Part shown: piece after piece, positions 1-9,941 of the stretch
Position numbering within the stretch: the first letter of the stretch is position 1
Layout: every line of letters starts with the position of its first letter
Origin: Octopus sinensis
Taxonomy: Eukaryota
Length of the DNA stretch: 33,698 nucleotides
Direction of reading: 5' to 3'
Assembly: GCF_006345805.1 (NCBI RefSeq)
Contig: NW_021832114.1
Coordinates: 1 to 33,698, forward strand
Translations under genes and position numbers: made by a program
The notes under the pieces: model-generated
What the model saw: the letters and a program-made list of their open reading frames with translations, nothing else
Told to the model about the DNA's origin: nothing
Database searches by the model: none

Positions 1-20
1 GAGGAATGTTACAACAATAA

Positions 21-80
21 GTGTCAGTGTGTAGAATGCAATGTATGCGATGCAGGTTCGATTCCCGGGCGAAGCCATTT
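21..80 (+). other. Degenerate tRNA-like sequence (tRNA pseudogene or SINE head)
   Basis: B-box/T-arm GGTTCGATTCC at 55-65, followed by CGGGCGAAG-CCA-TTT. Upstream gtgtcagtgtgtagaatg resembles a D-arm (tRNA-Gly-like GTTCAGTGGTAGAAT). No recognisable anticodon arm. Followed by (ACAAC)n/(AAG)n. Confidence 0.45.
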
Positions 81-123
81 ACAACACAACAACACAACAA
101 TAAGAAGAAGAAGAAGATTGAAG

Positions 124-147
124 TTTAATATTTCTGGAATATTTATT
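124..147 (-). terminator. Candidate polyadenylation signals of the beta-propeller gene
   Basis: On the minus strand, AATAAA (147-142) overlaps the TAA stop and ATTAAA (129-124) follows it. Confidence 0.4.
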
Positions 148-1609
148 TGTCAAAATAAAAGAAAGCAAAAGATTGACGTCCAAGAATAATTCCAAAAACC
201 ATCAAAGAATTGTCTGAAACATCCAAACCAAGAACTTCAGACACTTCATTATCATCCCCACTGAGGAGTAAATATTTTGGATTATCTTTTAATCCCAGGA
301 TTTCATCATCTTCAGATGTTTCCTCTTCAATATGTCCAGGTATTTCGTAAATATTGTTTATGAAATCTGTTATATAAACACATTCACCAATTATGGTCAG
401 ACGAGGTCTTGGATTATAATTTCCCGGAAAAGAAAACCTTCTTCCTTCTATTCTTATCCTCCTCACCAAAGACTTTTCCCTGAACCATTCCACAAAACAA
501 AAAACTTCCCACCATCCAGACTCCTCCTCCATCTCCCTCCTCAAAACAACAACATCACCAAAAGATGTGACTCCCACACCATCCACCCCTTCATCTCCCT
601 CCAACCTTCCCAATCTCCTCATCTTCCCACGACACACTTCATCTTTACATTTCCCATCTTTGATATCAACCACATCCACATAATAAAGGTCAAAGATGTC
701 GAGGTCATTGCAAAAATAGTAATCCTTGTTGTTTCTCCATTTTCTTTGGTATTCCTCATGTCTCTCTTCTTGAGTTATATCTCTAATATAATGACCACCA
801 CACACGAGTTGATTGTCGTTGTATTTATAAATCCTGTTGTAGTATTTCTCAGTTCTGATGGTTTTTAAACGATGGAGATCCCTGTTAAAGACCCTCATTT
901 CTCTCCCAAAGGCGACAATGAAACATTCCTCTGTCCACCGACATATGTCCAGTGGTGGTCGTTGTTGTTGTTCATGTTGAAGTATGTCCACTGTTGTTGT
1001 TGTTGTTGTTCTGATTAATGTGACACTTTCTCGAAACATCAACACACTCACATTCTCATCTAACTTAATTAGTTTACTATTCAAGTCCCTAATTTCCCTC
1101 AAATCATAATCAACAGGTTCCTCGAATGCAGGAATGGAAAAAGGGACCATTGCTGTCCTATATGGAAGTCTCCTTACTGATATTTCATCAATTCCTGAAT
1201 TATTAATCTCCGCTATGTAATTACCACATCTCACCTTTAATCTACCTTTACCAATTATTTCACCTGATTTACCTCTTCTTCTTCCTCCTCCATCTCCATC
1301 TCCTCCTCTGTATTCCAATTCATTAATTAATTCATTACTGAATATTTCCTTGTTCGTTTCAGATGTAATGGAAGGGAAACGAAGACCAGAATCAAGATTT
1401 AATGACGACACAGATTCCAGAATGTTCACTTGGTCCCCATCAATCTTTATGCAATGACATTCAATCAATTCATTATGTACACACCAGTAAATACCCGCCA
1501 CTTTTCTCCATATTACACCATAAGGGATGAGACTCGACCAAACTTGAGATGTCTGCAAATCTTCTCCTTTCAGATGAAATATTTCTTTCCTTTTAGGAAC
1601 CGTGGCCAT
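143..1609 (-). CDS. Intact 488-codon C-terminal segment (beta-propeller-like modules with Gly-rich linker)
   Basis: Open frame with no disruption from ATG 1609 (context cacataATGG: A at -3, G at +4) to TAA 143. Beta-strand-rich protein-like composition. Confidence 0.65.
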   Translation of the reverse strand: MATVPKRKEIFHLKGEDLQTSQVWSSLIPYGVIWRKVAGIYWCVHNELIECHCIKIDGDQVNILESVSSLNLDSGLRFPSITSETNKEIFSNELINELEYRGGDGDGGGRRRGKSGEIIGKGRLKVRCGNYIAEINNSGIDEISVRRLPYRTAMVPFSIPAFEEPVDYDLREIRDLNSKLIKLDENVSVLMFRESVTLIRTTTTTTVDILQHEQQQRPPLDICRWTEECFIVAFGREMRVFNRDLHRLKTIRTEKYYNRIYKYNDNQLVCGGHYIRDITQEERHEEYQRKWRNNKDYYFCNDLDIFDLYYVDVVDIKDGKCKDEVCRGKMRRLGRLEGDEGVDGVGVTSFGDVVVLRREMEEESGWWEVFCFVEWFREKSLVRRIRIEGRRFSFPGNYNPRPRLTIIGECVYITDFINNIYEIPGHIEEETSEDDEILGLKDNPKYLLLSGDDNEVSEVLGLDVSDNSLMVFGIILGRQSFAFFYFDK

Positions 1610-4600
1610 TATGTGTGATTCTTGTGTAAAACACACCCACCAACTAAACTTGCAACATTTCTGTGACATAGCAACTGGCCATCTTCATCGAATATTTTAA
1701 CATTTCCATTATTGGCTTTTTCACACACAACTGTCTTTCCTTCCTCAGAGACATCAAAATCTTTCACTTGAACAGGACATTCGTCTGTTTGTAAACGAGC
1801 AACCGGGAAGCTGTCTCGATTCACCATAAACAACCCTTCAACATACAATTCATTCCTCCTGGGGCTTCCAACAAACCTTGGTCCTTTACAGTCTATACTG
1901 GAGAAATATACTTTATCTTTATAAATTCTTTCATTTAAAAATATTCTCTTGTATTCCCCTTTCTGGGTCAAACACAAAATGTTTTGATATTCAGGGTAAC
2001 CAAAATATTTCTCCCACTCACCATGAATGTACAAAAAACTGTCATCAATTGTCATCCTGTCAACATCACCAATATAAGCTCTATGTAGTGTCTGACTGAA
2101 TGTAAATATTGACCACCACTGTTGAAGAAAATGATGAATCTCCAGTTGTAGACAATGATGACATCTTCATCAGTAACTTTAATATCCAGGATTCTACCAG
2201 AATAATTTCCATCTTCTCTTCTCCCTATTAATGGTTCAGGTATGTCTATTTTTTTTATTTCCTTCACACTCGAATGTATTTCATCAATATCAACAAAATG
2301 CAAATGTCTTCCATCTCCCTCTTCACTCAAAACCAGTTGATTGTTTGATAAAGAAGCCACACATTCATATTTATTTCTCGTTTTGTAAATTACCAACGAC
2401 AATGGAAACTCCACTTTTAATGTCAACAGTTGGGGTTTATTATCATCAAAAATATCCCTCATCGTAATGACCAGTGTGTTTGACTGCCTTCGACACATTT
2501 TAATATTATAATTAACATTCACTTTGATTGAATCCATAAGGTGACCATCCAATGTGAATATCTTAATGTTTCCATTCTTCCTGTCCCATCCTGCAATCAG
2601 ATTATTTTCAGTAAGAACCAACGTTTAATCTCCGTGGTTCTTCGTCTCCCAAATGTTAGGGAGAGGAATATGTCTGGCTTTATCAGAAACTGTCAGGTCC
2701 TGTAGATATAAAGTGGAAAGACAACATTTCACTGAGAGAAATGTGTCTGGAAAATACATCCACCCGTCGATATAATAATTAAGTTGATTATTAGTAACGA
2801 GATCATAACCAACAAATTCTGATCGTTTATGGCAAACATACGGCTTCTGTCTATCAGAAAACAGACGTTGGTCAATAGATCCACCTTGGAGACTGAGGGG
2901 ACGTTTCACTTGGGACATTAAAACACTGGGACCATCTGATGACCGCCATGACCACCACCACTAATGTCCTTGAAGAAAGCTTCTGTTTTGCTCTGAATCA
3001 CTGGAAACCATACCATCACTACTACTAATACTACCATCACCGCCATGACCACCACCAGCATTCTAGTGTTGTACTGAAAGCTTTTCCCTAGTAACAATTA
3101 ATAGCTTTTCTGTTTTCTTGTCTATGATAATGATTTACAAACACAGGGATATTAATGGTCTTAATTACTCGACTGATTATAATAATTGAGGCTAAAATAT
3201 CTAATTGTGATGGTTTATCACAATAACAAACATTTCACATTCACCCAACTTACACATCCGTACATAAGGCTGCCTTAATGATATACTTCTCACTCTCTTT
3301 GATAGGTTCCGATGACCCTTAATTGTTTCTGTAGGGGTAATGTGACCCCTATATGATTAGAATCCCATCGGACATATATCTGTGGCTGTAGACGGCAGAG
3401 ATAATCTGGACACAATGTCTCCTTCCTCAGAAATGTACAACAAGCAATCATGGTGATGTCAGACACCACAAACTGTCCATTGGACAGTATTACATATTTC
3501 GCCAATGACAAGTTTTGGTCATTCTCCTTTTCTTTGAGTCGTAGTAGATTTAGATTTCTGATAAAAGGATTTTCGTGGGTAAACACAGCCAGGACATCCG
3601 GTCTTGATACTTGTAAAGAAGAACCTGCTGTTGAGTTGAGTGTCCGGGACATAAAGAGTTCCTTGGAAAACGCAATGTGAGGGTGAACAGGGAAAGGCAG
3701 TTCCCACTGCCATTCATTTGTCCATATAGATCGTAACATCTGAGAATAGAGTGTCTCCTGAAGAGAGGACATAGAAATAAAACATTATCAGAGTAGATGT
3801 GATGAGGGTGGCCTAGAATGGAAGGTATTTTGAAAAAGTTCTTCACCACATGTGGAATAAAATACCATTTTATTTTCGTTTCCATCTACGACTACAAAAA
3901 TATTGGAGTTGCAGCAATGCTGACATTATGATGTCCAGAGAAATTCTTTCTGCAATGTCAACTTTATCTTTGTTGATCAAGAGGATATGGACCTCGCTTT
4001 TGTTTTCAGTGGTGGTCACAGCCAGACACTTATTTGATACAATATGACATATTTTCATGTAACCAGTTTGCACCTTTATTAAAGGGCCTTTTCTTAGTTC
4101 AGGACAGGTGATATACTGAAACCCTTTCATTTCAGGATAAAATACAAGGAATCTGTTTGTGTTTATTCTACAACAGAAAGAGAAAGAGGGAATCTCAAGG
4201 AAAATGAATTATTTTGGTTAATTATTTCCCCATTATCAGTGAATAATTAGCTTTCTTGTTTTTGTAAATTATTAATATAGAAGATGTAGACATAGGTAGA
4301 ATATTTGTAATGTTGTAGCATCCTCAATATCAATATAGTCTTTTTTAAAACTGGGGGTATGTAGCTGGTGGGTGTATGACAGTTTGGGCCAAAAGTCTTT
4401 ATCATTTGAATACCATGTGGTTTGCCGCAATAATCTGTAACCAAAAAATGGTATCTTTACCAACAGAAATAGAGCGGCATTTCCTCCAATGTCCCTCCTT
4501 GTTACACCACCTTTAGCTGAAATCCTATAAATTATTTGTCCTGGAGGACATAGAAATAATTTTGGTACAGAGAGAGATTACTTGGGAGGTGCAGAGAGAA

Positions 4601-5655
4601 TGGGTCTCTACCTCCCATAACTGTTGGCCATCCAGTTTGTAACAGATTACTCTGTTGATGCTGGCGCGAATGTAATTACAAGTATATTCTGGACCCCTAC
4701 AGCAATATCTGTAGGGTTTCTTTGTAATAATAAATTGATAGTTAATGGTATTATCCTCCCAATCAAATTGGTAAACTGTTTTACCAAACATTTCTACACC
4801 TATAAGGGTAGAATCTTCCAAGTAACTCACCATATGTAACCCCAACTGTATCTTTTGATCTTGAAGGTTTTGGGGCTGATAATAAGAATCATTTCTTGGA
4901 AGGGAGGGTTGCCAGAACCATGTCTTCACTGATTCTTGTGAAACTGGTCACAGAAGATGGACAATGGACATCAATTCTGCACTGTCTCTTGTTACTAAAC
5001 TATTATCTGATAATGGTGGGAATATGTCATCACTCCCTCCTCTATAATGACAATATGGATATTATTGGGATTTCTTCAAATTCTCCAGATTCTCAATATC
5101 TGCATCTCTGGTCACAACTGACTGAAGAGGCCGAAATTTTGATTATTTTTGGTGGCTTCAATGGTTTTGTGTTTGTCTTGTAGAATATTTCTTTGTATAT
5201 AGTGTTCCAGGAACAATTTAGTTTTCCAAAAATTATAAATTCTGATTGTAATCTTTTTTTTTAATGTCTTTTGTCAGAATTTCTATTCTCTGTGTAAAAT
5301 GTTTTAGAAAAGTATTTTCATCCATTCCTATTCTTTTTAAAAAAGTACATATTTCTTTCGAGAATTTATCAACAAATCAATTTGTCCGCATAGGCATTGA
5401 ATGTTGTATAGAATATGTGTTTGTCGAAAACACTCGTTTTTAATTATTTCCAGTTTTTAGGGTCTCCTTTATGTCTTTTGTTTTGTTGTTGGCTGAGATG
5501 AAGCTCGTTTCTCGGACATTTCTCTCCTTGAACCGTCATCTCTCAATATTTACACTTTTCTTCTCAATCCTTCTTCATCCCATTTTGGTGTTGAGTAACT
5601 CAAAGCCCTTTTCTGAGGATATACTTTCCTAAAGTATTTTCAGTTGGTCTTCCAT
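143..5655 (-). pseudogene. Frameshift-disrupted intronless gene for a large multi-module NHL-like beta-propeller protein (TRIM/NHL-like C-terminal modules); pseudogene or indel-rich assembly of a functional gene
   Basis: Manual frame-walking links the ORFs 4525-4929, 4272-4463, 3870-4130, 3550-3885, 3290-3772, 2625-2918, 2052-2621, 1609-2055 and 143-1669 through +/-1 shifts. Recurrent blade motifs: ICYKLDGQQLWE, NKMVFYSTCGEELF, LRCYDLYGQ.EWQWE, VTLPLQKQLRVI, NGNIKIFTLDGHL, NGNVKIFDEDGQL, GGVCFTQESHIMAT. ATG at 5655 lies 7 nt after a splice acceptor. Confidence 0.7.
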
Positions 5656-5662
5656 AGTGAAT

Positions 5663-5692
5663 CTGTAAAGAAATATAAGGAAAACATTTAGC
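5663..5692 (-). promoter_or_regulatory. 3' splice acceptor upstream of the propeller CDS
   Basis: Minus strand reads gctaaatgttttccttatatttctttacAG|attcactATG: branch-point-like motif, polypyrimidine tract, CAG. Confidence 0.6.
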
Positions 5693-6860
5693 TTGTGAAA
5701 ATATTAAAGTTTCAGGGAGATGATGTTTGCTTCATTTGAAAAACACAAAACAAAACATTTATGTATTTCTGTCAGTGAATTAATCTTGTCTAATTAATAT
5801 TTAAACAACTTATTACAATCTATTCTAAGATGTCTTAATAAGTTTCATTAATTACATGGAGTCTAAATTTAGAAATAATTATTTTCACTGGAAATGATAT
5901 TTGCTCTCAACATCACAAGAAATAGTCATGTGTGGCTTAGATTTATTTAACGATAATTAGTCAAAGAGATCCCCTGCTTAAAAGCCACTCAAATAACGAG
6001 ACACTAAGCTGTAGAGAAAATTAACTTTAATTGGTGTACATGCTATATTATGTCCCAACACACAGCAATCATGTTCAAACTTCGTTAACATGGAACAATT
6101 AGCAAAACATAGACTTTATTATGTTTCATAGACATTTGTCAGATACAAGACAGACTGCAACATTTTGCTAGTTAGATGGAATATAAAGTTACTAATGATT
6201 ATATGTACTGGAAATGATGGGACAGTCATGGTGGCTTGGTTTCCATCATATTACTTGATTAACAGATACCCATAAAGCTGGAGATGAAACTGTTCTTAAC
6301 CTGACAAATGCTGTAAATCTCTCAACATTTCAATATAATCCACACAATTATCATACACAACATTGATTAACTCAGAAGCTTATCCAAAGATGGGCTTTCA
6401 TATAATCACATGATAGACAGCATGTTGAGGGATCGTTATTTATTGTTGCTGATTGAGATCATAAAGATGGTTAATGAATAAGCCAATTAATAAGGTAGGT
6501 TCATCTAATTATCTTTAATATAAGGGACAATGTTTGGGTAGCAATGAGAAAGATGTGTTTGTATGAAAAAGGGGTTTGGCAGGTGAAGTGTGTTTTGTTT
6601 GTGTCAGGTGAGGAGTTATAACTTGGTGTAGTTTTATTATGAAGTATTGGGGGTTTAATGAGGTGGATTAGGAAATATTGGTGGGGGTGTTAATGACATT
6701 GTGGTGACCCATCATTATCAGAATGATCCTCCACCGCCTCCTTGGTCTATGAAATAATGACTGTTTACTCTATTGCCCCCAGGAGGAATGAAAAATAAAA
6801 GAGACCTTCTTCCGGATACACATACATAATATTGTATATATATACACATACATATATATT

Positions 6861-7295
6861 GTAAGCATTTTTAGTGAGTTATAGCAAAAAATGCATTAAA
6901 ATGGAATAAAATATGATGGTAATTTTTTTTTTAAATCGTTGACTCATCATAGACATTTTTCGAGAGTTACTTCCCTTATATAATAGCGAAAAATGCATTA
7001 AAATGGAATAAAAAATGATGGTAAATTATTTTTAAAATCGTAGACTCATCGTAGACATTTTTAGAGAGTTACTTCCCTTATATAATAGAGAAAAATGCAT
7101 TAAAATGGAATAAAAAATGATGGTAAATTATTTTTAAAATCGTAGACTCATCGTAGATGCGCGCTAATACCCAGAAGGGCTCGATATGAATCACAACTAT
7201 AAGATACCCGGTTACACTGCACCGCAAAATGTGGGAGTAGTTAGGAATCTAAATCGTAGGAGACAGACACACAACCTTACTTTTATAAATAAAGA
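6861..7295 (-). mobile_element. Non-autonomous Helitron-like element, copy 1, with internal ~102-bp tandem repeats
   Basis: The minus-strand 5' end A|TCTTTATTTATAAAA fits an AT target with a TC start, followed by gtgtgtctgtc. About 220 bp are shared with copy 2. No CTRR 3' end is seen. Confidence 0.55.
6886..7157. repeat. Tandem repeat, 102-bp period, ~2.7 units
   Basis: atgcattaaaatggaataaaa recurs at 6891, 6993 and 7095. Confidence 0.9.
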
Positions 7296-7296
7296 T

Positions 7297-7814
7297 TTGT
7301 GCAACAACTAAAACATTCGGTTGTTCAAATTGTTTGCACAGGAAACCTGCCCTGTGTGGCGGTTTTTGCCGTTTTTGTGGATCTGTTTCAGCTTTTTTAG
7401 CCATTTCTGTTTTGGCGACTTCAAGCCATGAAGTTGTTGTTCTAAAAGAACGCTGGTCTCCTTCACAACGCATTACGACGTTGATTTCCTTACACTCCCT
7501 TCCCCACAGCTTCACGAGGGAGGAAGAAGAAGTGGAGAAGAAGCAACACATGTGCAGGTGTGAGCGTGGACGCCAACTCCGCTGCCATCGACACACGAAA
7601 ATATATGCATTAAAATGGAATAAAAAATGATGTTAAATTATTTTTAAATCGTAGACTCATCGTAGACGCGCGCTAATACCCAGATGGGCTCGATATGAAT
7701 CGCGACTATAAGATACCCGAATTTGGTTTAACTGCACCGCAAAATGTGGAGAGTAGTAGGAATCTAAATCGAAGGGGACAGACACTCACACAACTACAGT
7801 TTTATATATATAGA
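7297..7814 (-). mobile_element. Non-autonomous Helitron-like element, copy 2, head-to-tail with copy 1
   Basis: The minus-strand 5' end is A|TCTATATATATAAAA. 7600-7814 is highly similar to 7090-7295, with a different interior at 7297-7600. Confidence 0.55.
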
Positions 7815-8039
7815 TATGAAAAGGAGTGGCTGAGTGTTGGGGAGAGAATCGGTAGGGCCAGTAACATCCCTAGTTTCATTGGAAGAATTGGTGAAGAGAA
7901 GAGATTTACTGCCAATCTTTGTCACAGCAGTAAGATAGTAGAGTAAAAAGAAGAAGAGAGAGTGATTGAGAGATGAAAGATAGAGGGGGGGGTGATAGGG
8001 GCATGGCAGTAGGGACTCAAGGTCCGAGAGTTGACACTC

Positions 8040-8092
8040 ATCAAACTGGTTTTTTGGAGGTCTGGAATACACCTCCAAAGAACCAGTTTGAT
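8040..8092. repeat. 22-bp inverted repeat with 9-nt loop
   Basis: atcaaactggttttttggaggt / acctccaaagaaccagtttgat, with one U-G position. Confidence 0.9.
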
Positions 8093-8193
8093 AAATGCTA
8101 ATAAACGCGAAATTTCGGATCTTGGGTCAGTTTGTTACTTCTGCTAAATATTTATATATATATATTTTTAATTCAAAATCAAAATCAAGACGA

Positions 8194-8473
8194 CAAAATC
8201 AATGGAAATTGTAGCTGTGATACCAGTGCCGGTGGCACATAAAAAGCACCATCTGATCGTGGCCGTTTGGCAGCCTCGTCTGGCACCTGTGTCGGTGGCA
8301 TGTAAAAAGCACCCACTACACTCACGGAGTGGTTGGCGTTAGGAAGGGCATCCAGCCATAGAAACTTTGCCAGATCAGACTGGGCCTGGTGCAGCCTTCT
8401 GGCTTCCCAGACCCCAGTTGAACCGTCCAACCCATGCTAGCATGGAAAGCGGACGCTAAATGATGATGATGAT
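8194..8473 (+). mobile_element. RTE-tailed SINE-like repeat (2 internal ~63-bp modules)
   Basis: gtgccggtggcac.taaaaagcacc modules, then ggttggcgttaggaagggcatccagc, then aacccatgctagcatggaaa..ggacg.taaa(tga)n tail. Four or more copies occur in the window. Confidence 0.75.
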
Positions 8474-8699
8474 ATAATATACATATATACCTTCACATAC
8501 CCATGTATAAATATTTGTGTCCATGTATGTTATAGCTATGAATCAATGAACGACAAAAGACAAGAGTTACGTAGACACCTTCATTAGCTTCCAGCTGTTT
8601 CTGCTACAGGAAGCAGTGAACTCGAGCTGAGTGTGTGTGCGCGTAGTTGTCTGTGCATTTGTTTATGTTTGCAATCTCTTTTAAGTTGCTCCAGGCAAG

Positions 8700-9085
8700 A
8701 AAACATCTGTCAACCAATCACCCCCACCTTGGAAGGACATGGGAAATAAGAACTTTTGTTCTTGCAAAATGGTTTTGGGTGAGCAATAGGAAGGCTGTCT
8801 GTCTGTAAAACAAGGCTACAATAATATATTCACCTAACCCATGCTAGCATACAAAGTCAGATGTGCAATCAAAACATAAGTAAACCCATGTTTATGCATT
8901 CATATACTCTTATGCATGCATAAACACACACACACACGTGTATGTGTGCATCTGGTTGTTAAGAAGATCATCCAGCTGTAGAAATCTTGCCAAATCTTTC
9001 ATGGAGCTCAGCAATGTCCTCTGGTTCACTGCTTCCTCGTCAACTGTCCTACCCATGCCAGTTAGGGAAAATGGATGTGAAACCT
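8700..9085 (+). mobile_element. Two older, diverged 3' fragments of the RTE-tailed repeat
   Basis: aggaaggc..tctgtaaaa..aacccatgctagcat at ~8785-8850 and catccagctgtagaaatcttgcc..cccatgccag..ggaaaatggatg at ~8965-9080. Confidence 0.5.
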
Positions 9086-9156
9086 TTATAATACATCAGG
9101 TGGTGTATTTTCTTTTCTGTATTTTCCTTCTAATAATTTGTTTTGTTTCTTGCCAG

Positions 9157-9323
9157 GTTCTCGTGAGTTCCACTCAGTCAAGTCTATGACTATACTCGAT
9201 GAGGGTCACCAATCTTCAGCTGGTTTCAAGCAAGAGGAATATTTCCCCAAGTTCTTCCAACATGAACAGCACAATGGTTGGATATGTTTTCTGGTGGAAC
9301 ACTGCAAACAAACGACTCTGTTT
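9157..9323 (+). other. Candidate exon start: either a 6-nt microexon (9157-9162) or a 167-nt exon (9157-9323)
   Basis: Branch-like CTAAT 9130-9134, polypyrimidine tract, TGCCAG acceptor ending 9156. Donor GTGAGT at 9163 or GTATGA at 9324. One frame is open across 9157-9323. Confidence 0.35.
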
Positions 9324-9390
9324 GTATGACGTGACATTTGTTTATAATTCGCAGCAGATGTCAAGACAAGGAGAACATGAGCAGACATAT

Positions 9391-9440
<50 letters not shown>

Positions 9441-9496
9441 CATACACATACATGTACAAATGTAGATATGCATACATGAATATACACACACATGTA

Positions 9497-9657
9497 TATA
9501 CCATAGGCTTATCAGTTCCATGTACGAAACCCATTCACAAGGCTTGAGTCGACCTGGAACATTAGAAGAAGTAATTTTTTTAAGGTGCTGCAAAGTGGGA
9601 CTGAACCTGAGACCACAAGGTTCTGAAGTGAATTCTTAACCATACAGCCATGCCCAA
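9497..9657 (-). mobile_element. tRNA-derived SINE family A (CORE-like), diverged 5' part
   Basis: Reverse complement carries the ggttcagtcccac B-box-like head and matches the copies at 26862-27255 and 30304-30701. Confidence 0.65.
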
Positions 9658-9680
9658 ATTTTTTTGGTAATATTTTGAAG

Positions 9681-9905
9681 ATAATAATAATCCTTTCTAC
9701 TATAGGCATAAGACCTGAAATTTTGGGTGTGGGGGGGTTAATTGATTATGTCACCCCCCAGCCCCTAACTGGTTCTTATTTTATCAATCCCAAAAGGACG
9801 AGGGGCAAAATCAACCTTGGTGGAATTTGAACTCAAAATGTAAACTTGGAAGAAATGATTGCAAAGTATTTTGTCTGGCATTTTTGTAAAAATTCTGCTT
9901 GTTCA

Positions 9906-9941
<36 letters not shown>

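Noticed and set aside
332-868. 178-aa + strand ORF and other + strand ORFs within 143-5200
   Set aside because: Antisense shadows of the minus-strand coding sequence, with no protein-like motifs.
2625-2627. A-to-I editing rescue of in-frame stops (TAA at 2625-2627, TAG at codon 9, TAG at 21002 in CR1)
   Set aside because: Editing could convert them to Trp codons but cannot repair the many frameshifts, and the CR1 copy is 5'-truncated anyway.
1620-5350. Programmed ribosomal frameshifting as the explanation for the broken ORF
   Set aside because: There are too many shifts, in both directions, and no consistent X XXY YYZ slippery site with downstream structure was seen.
143-5655. Bacterial, phage or giant-virus operon (endogenous viral element) interpretation
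   Set aside because: There is a spliceosomal acceptor upstream and a poly(A) signal downstream, motifs continue across ORF junctions, and no viral or prokaryotic hallmark gene or Shine-Dalgarno pattern is present.
6690-6760. Possible small minus-strand upstream exon of the propeller gene (ttatttcatAG|ACCAAGGAGG...)
   Set aside because: The acceptor is plausible but the donor is weak, and it cannot be supported without transcript data.
6886-7157. CRISPR-like reading of the 102-bp and ~65-bp periodic repeats
   Set aside because: These are whole-unit tandem repeats without unique spacers, there are no cas genes, and the context is eukaryotic TE.
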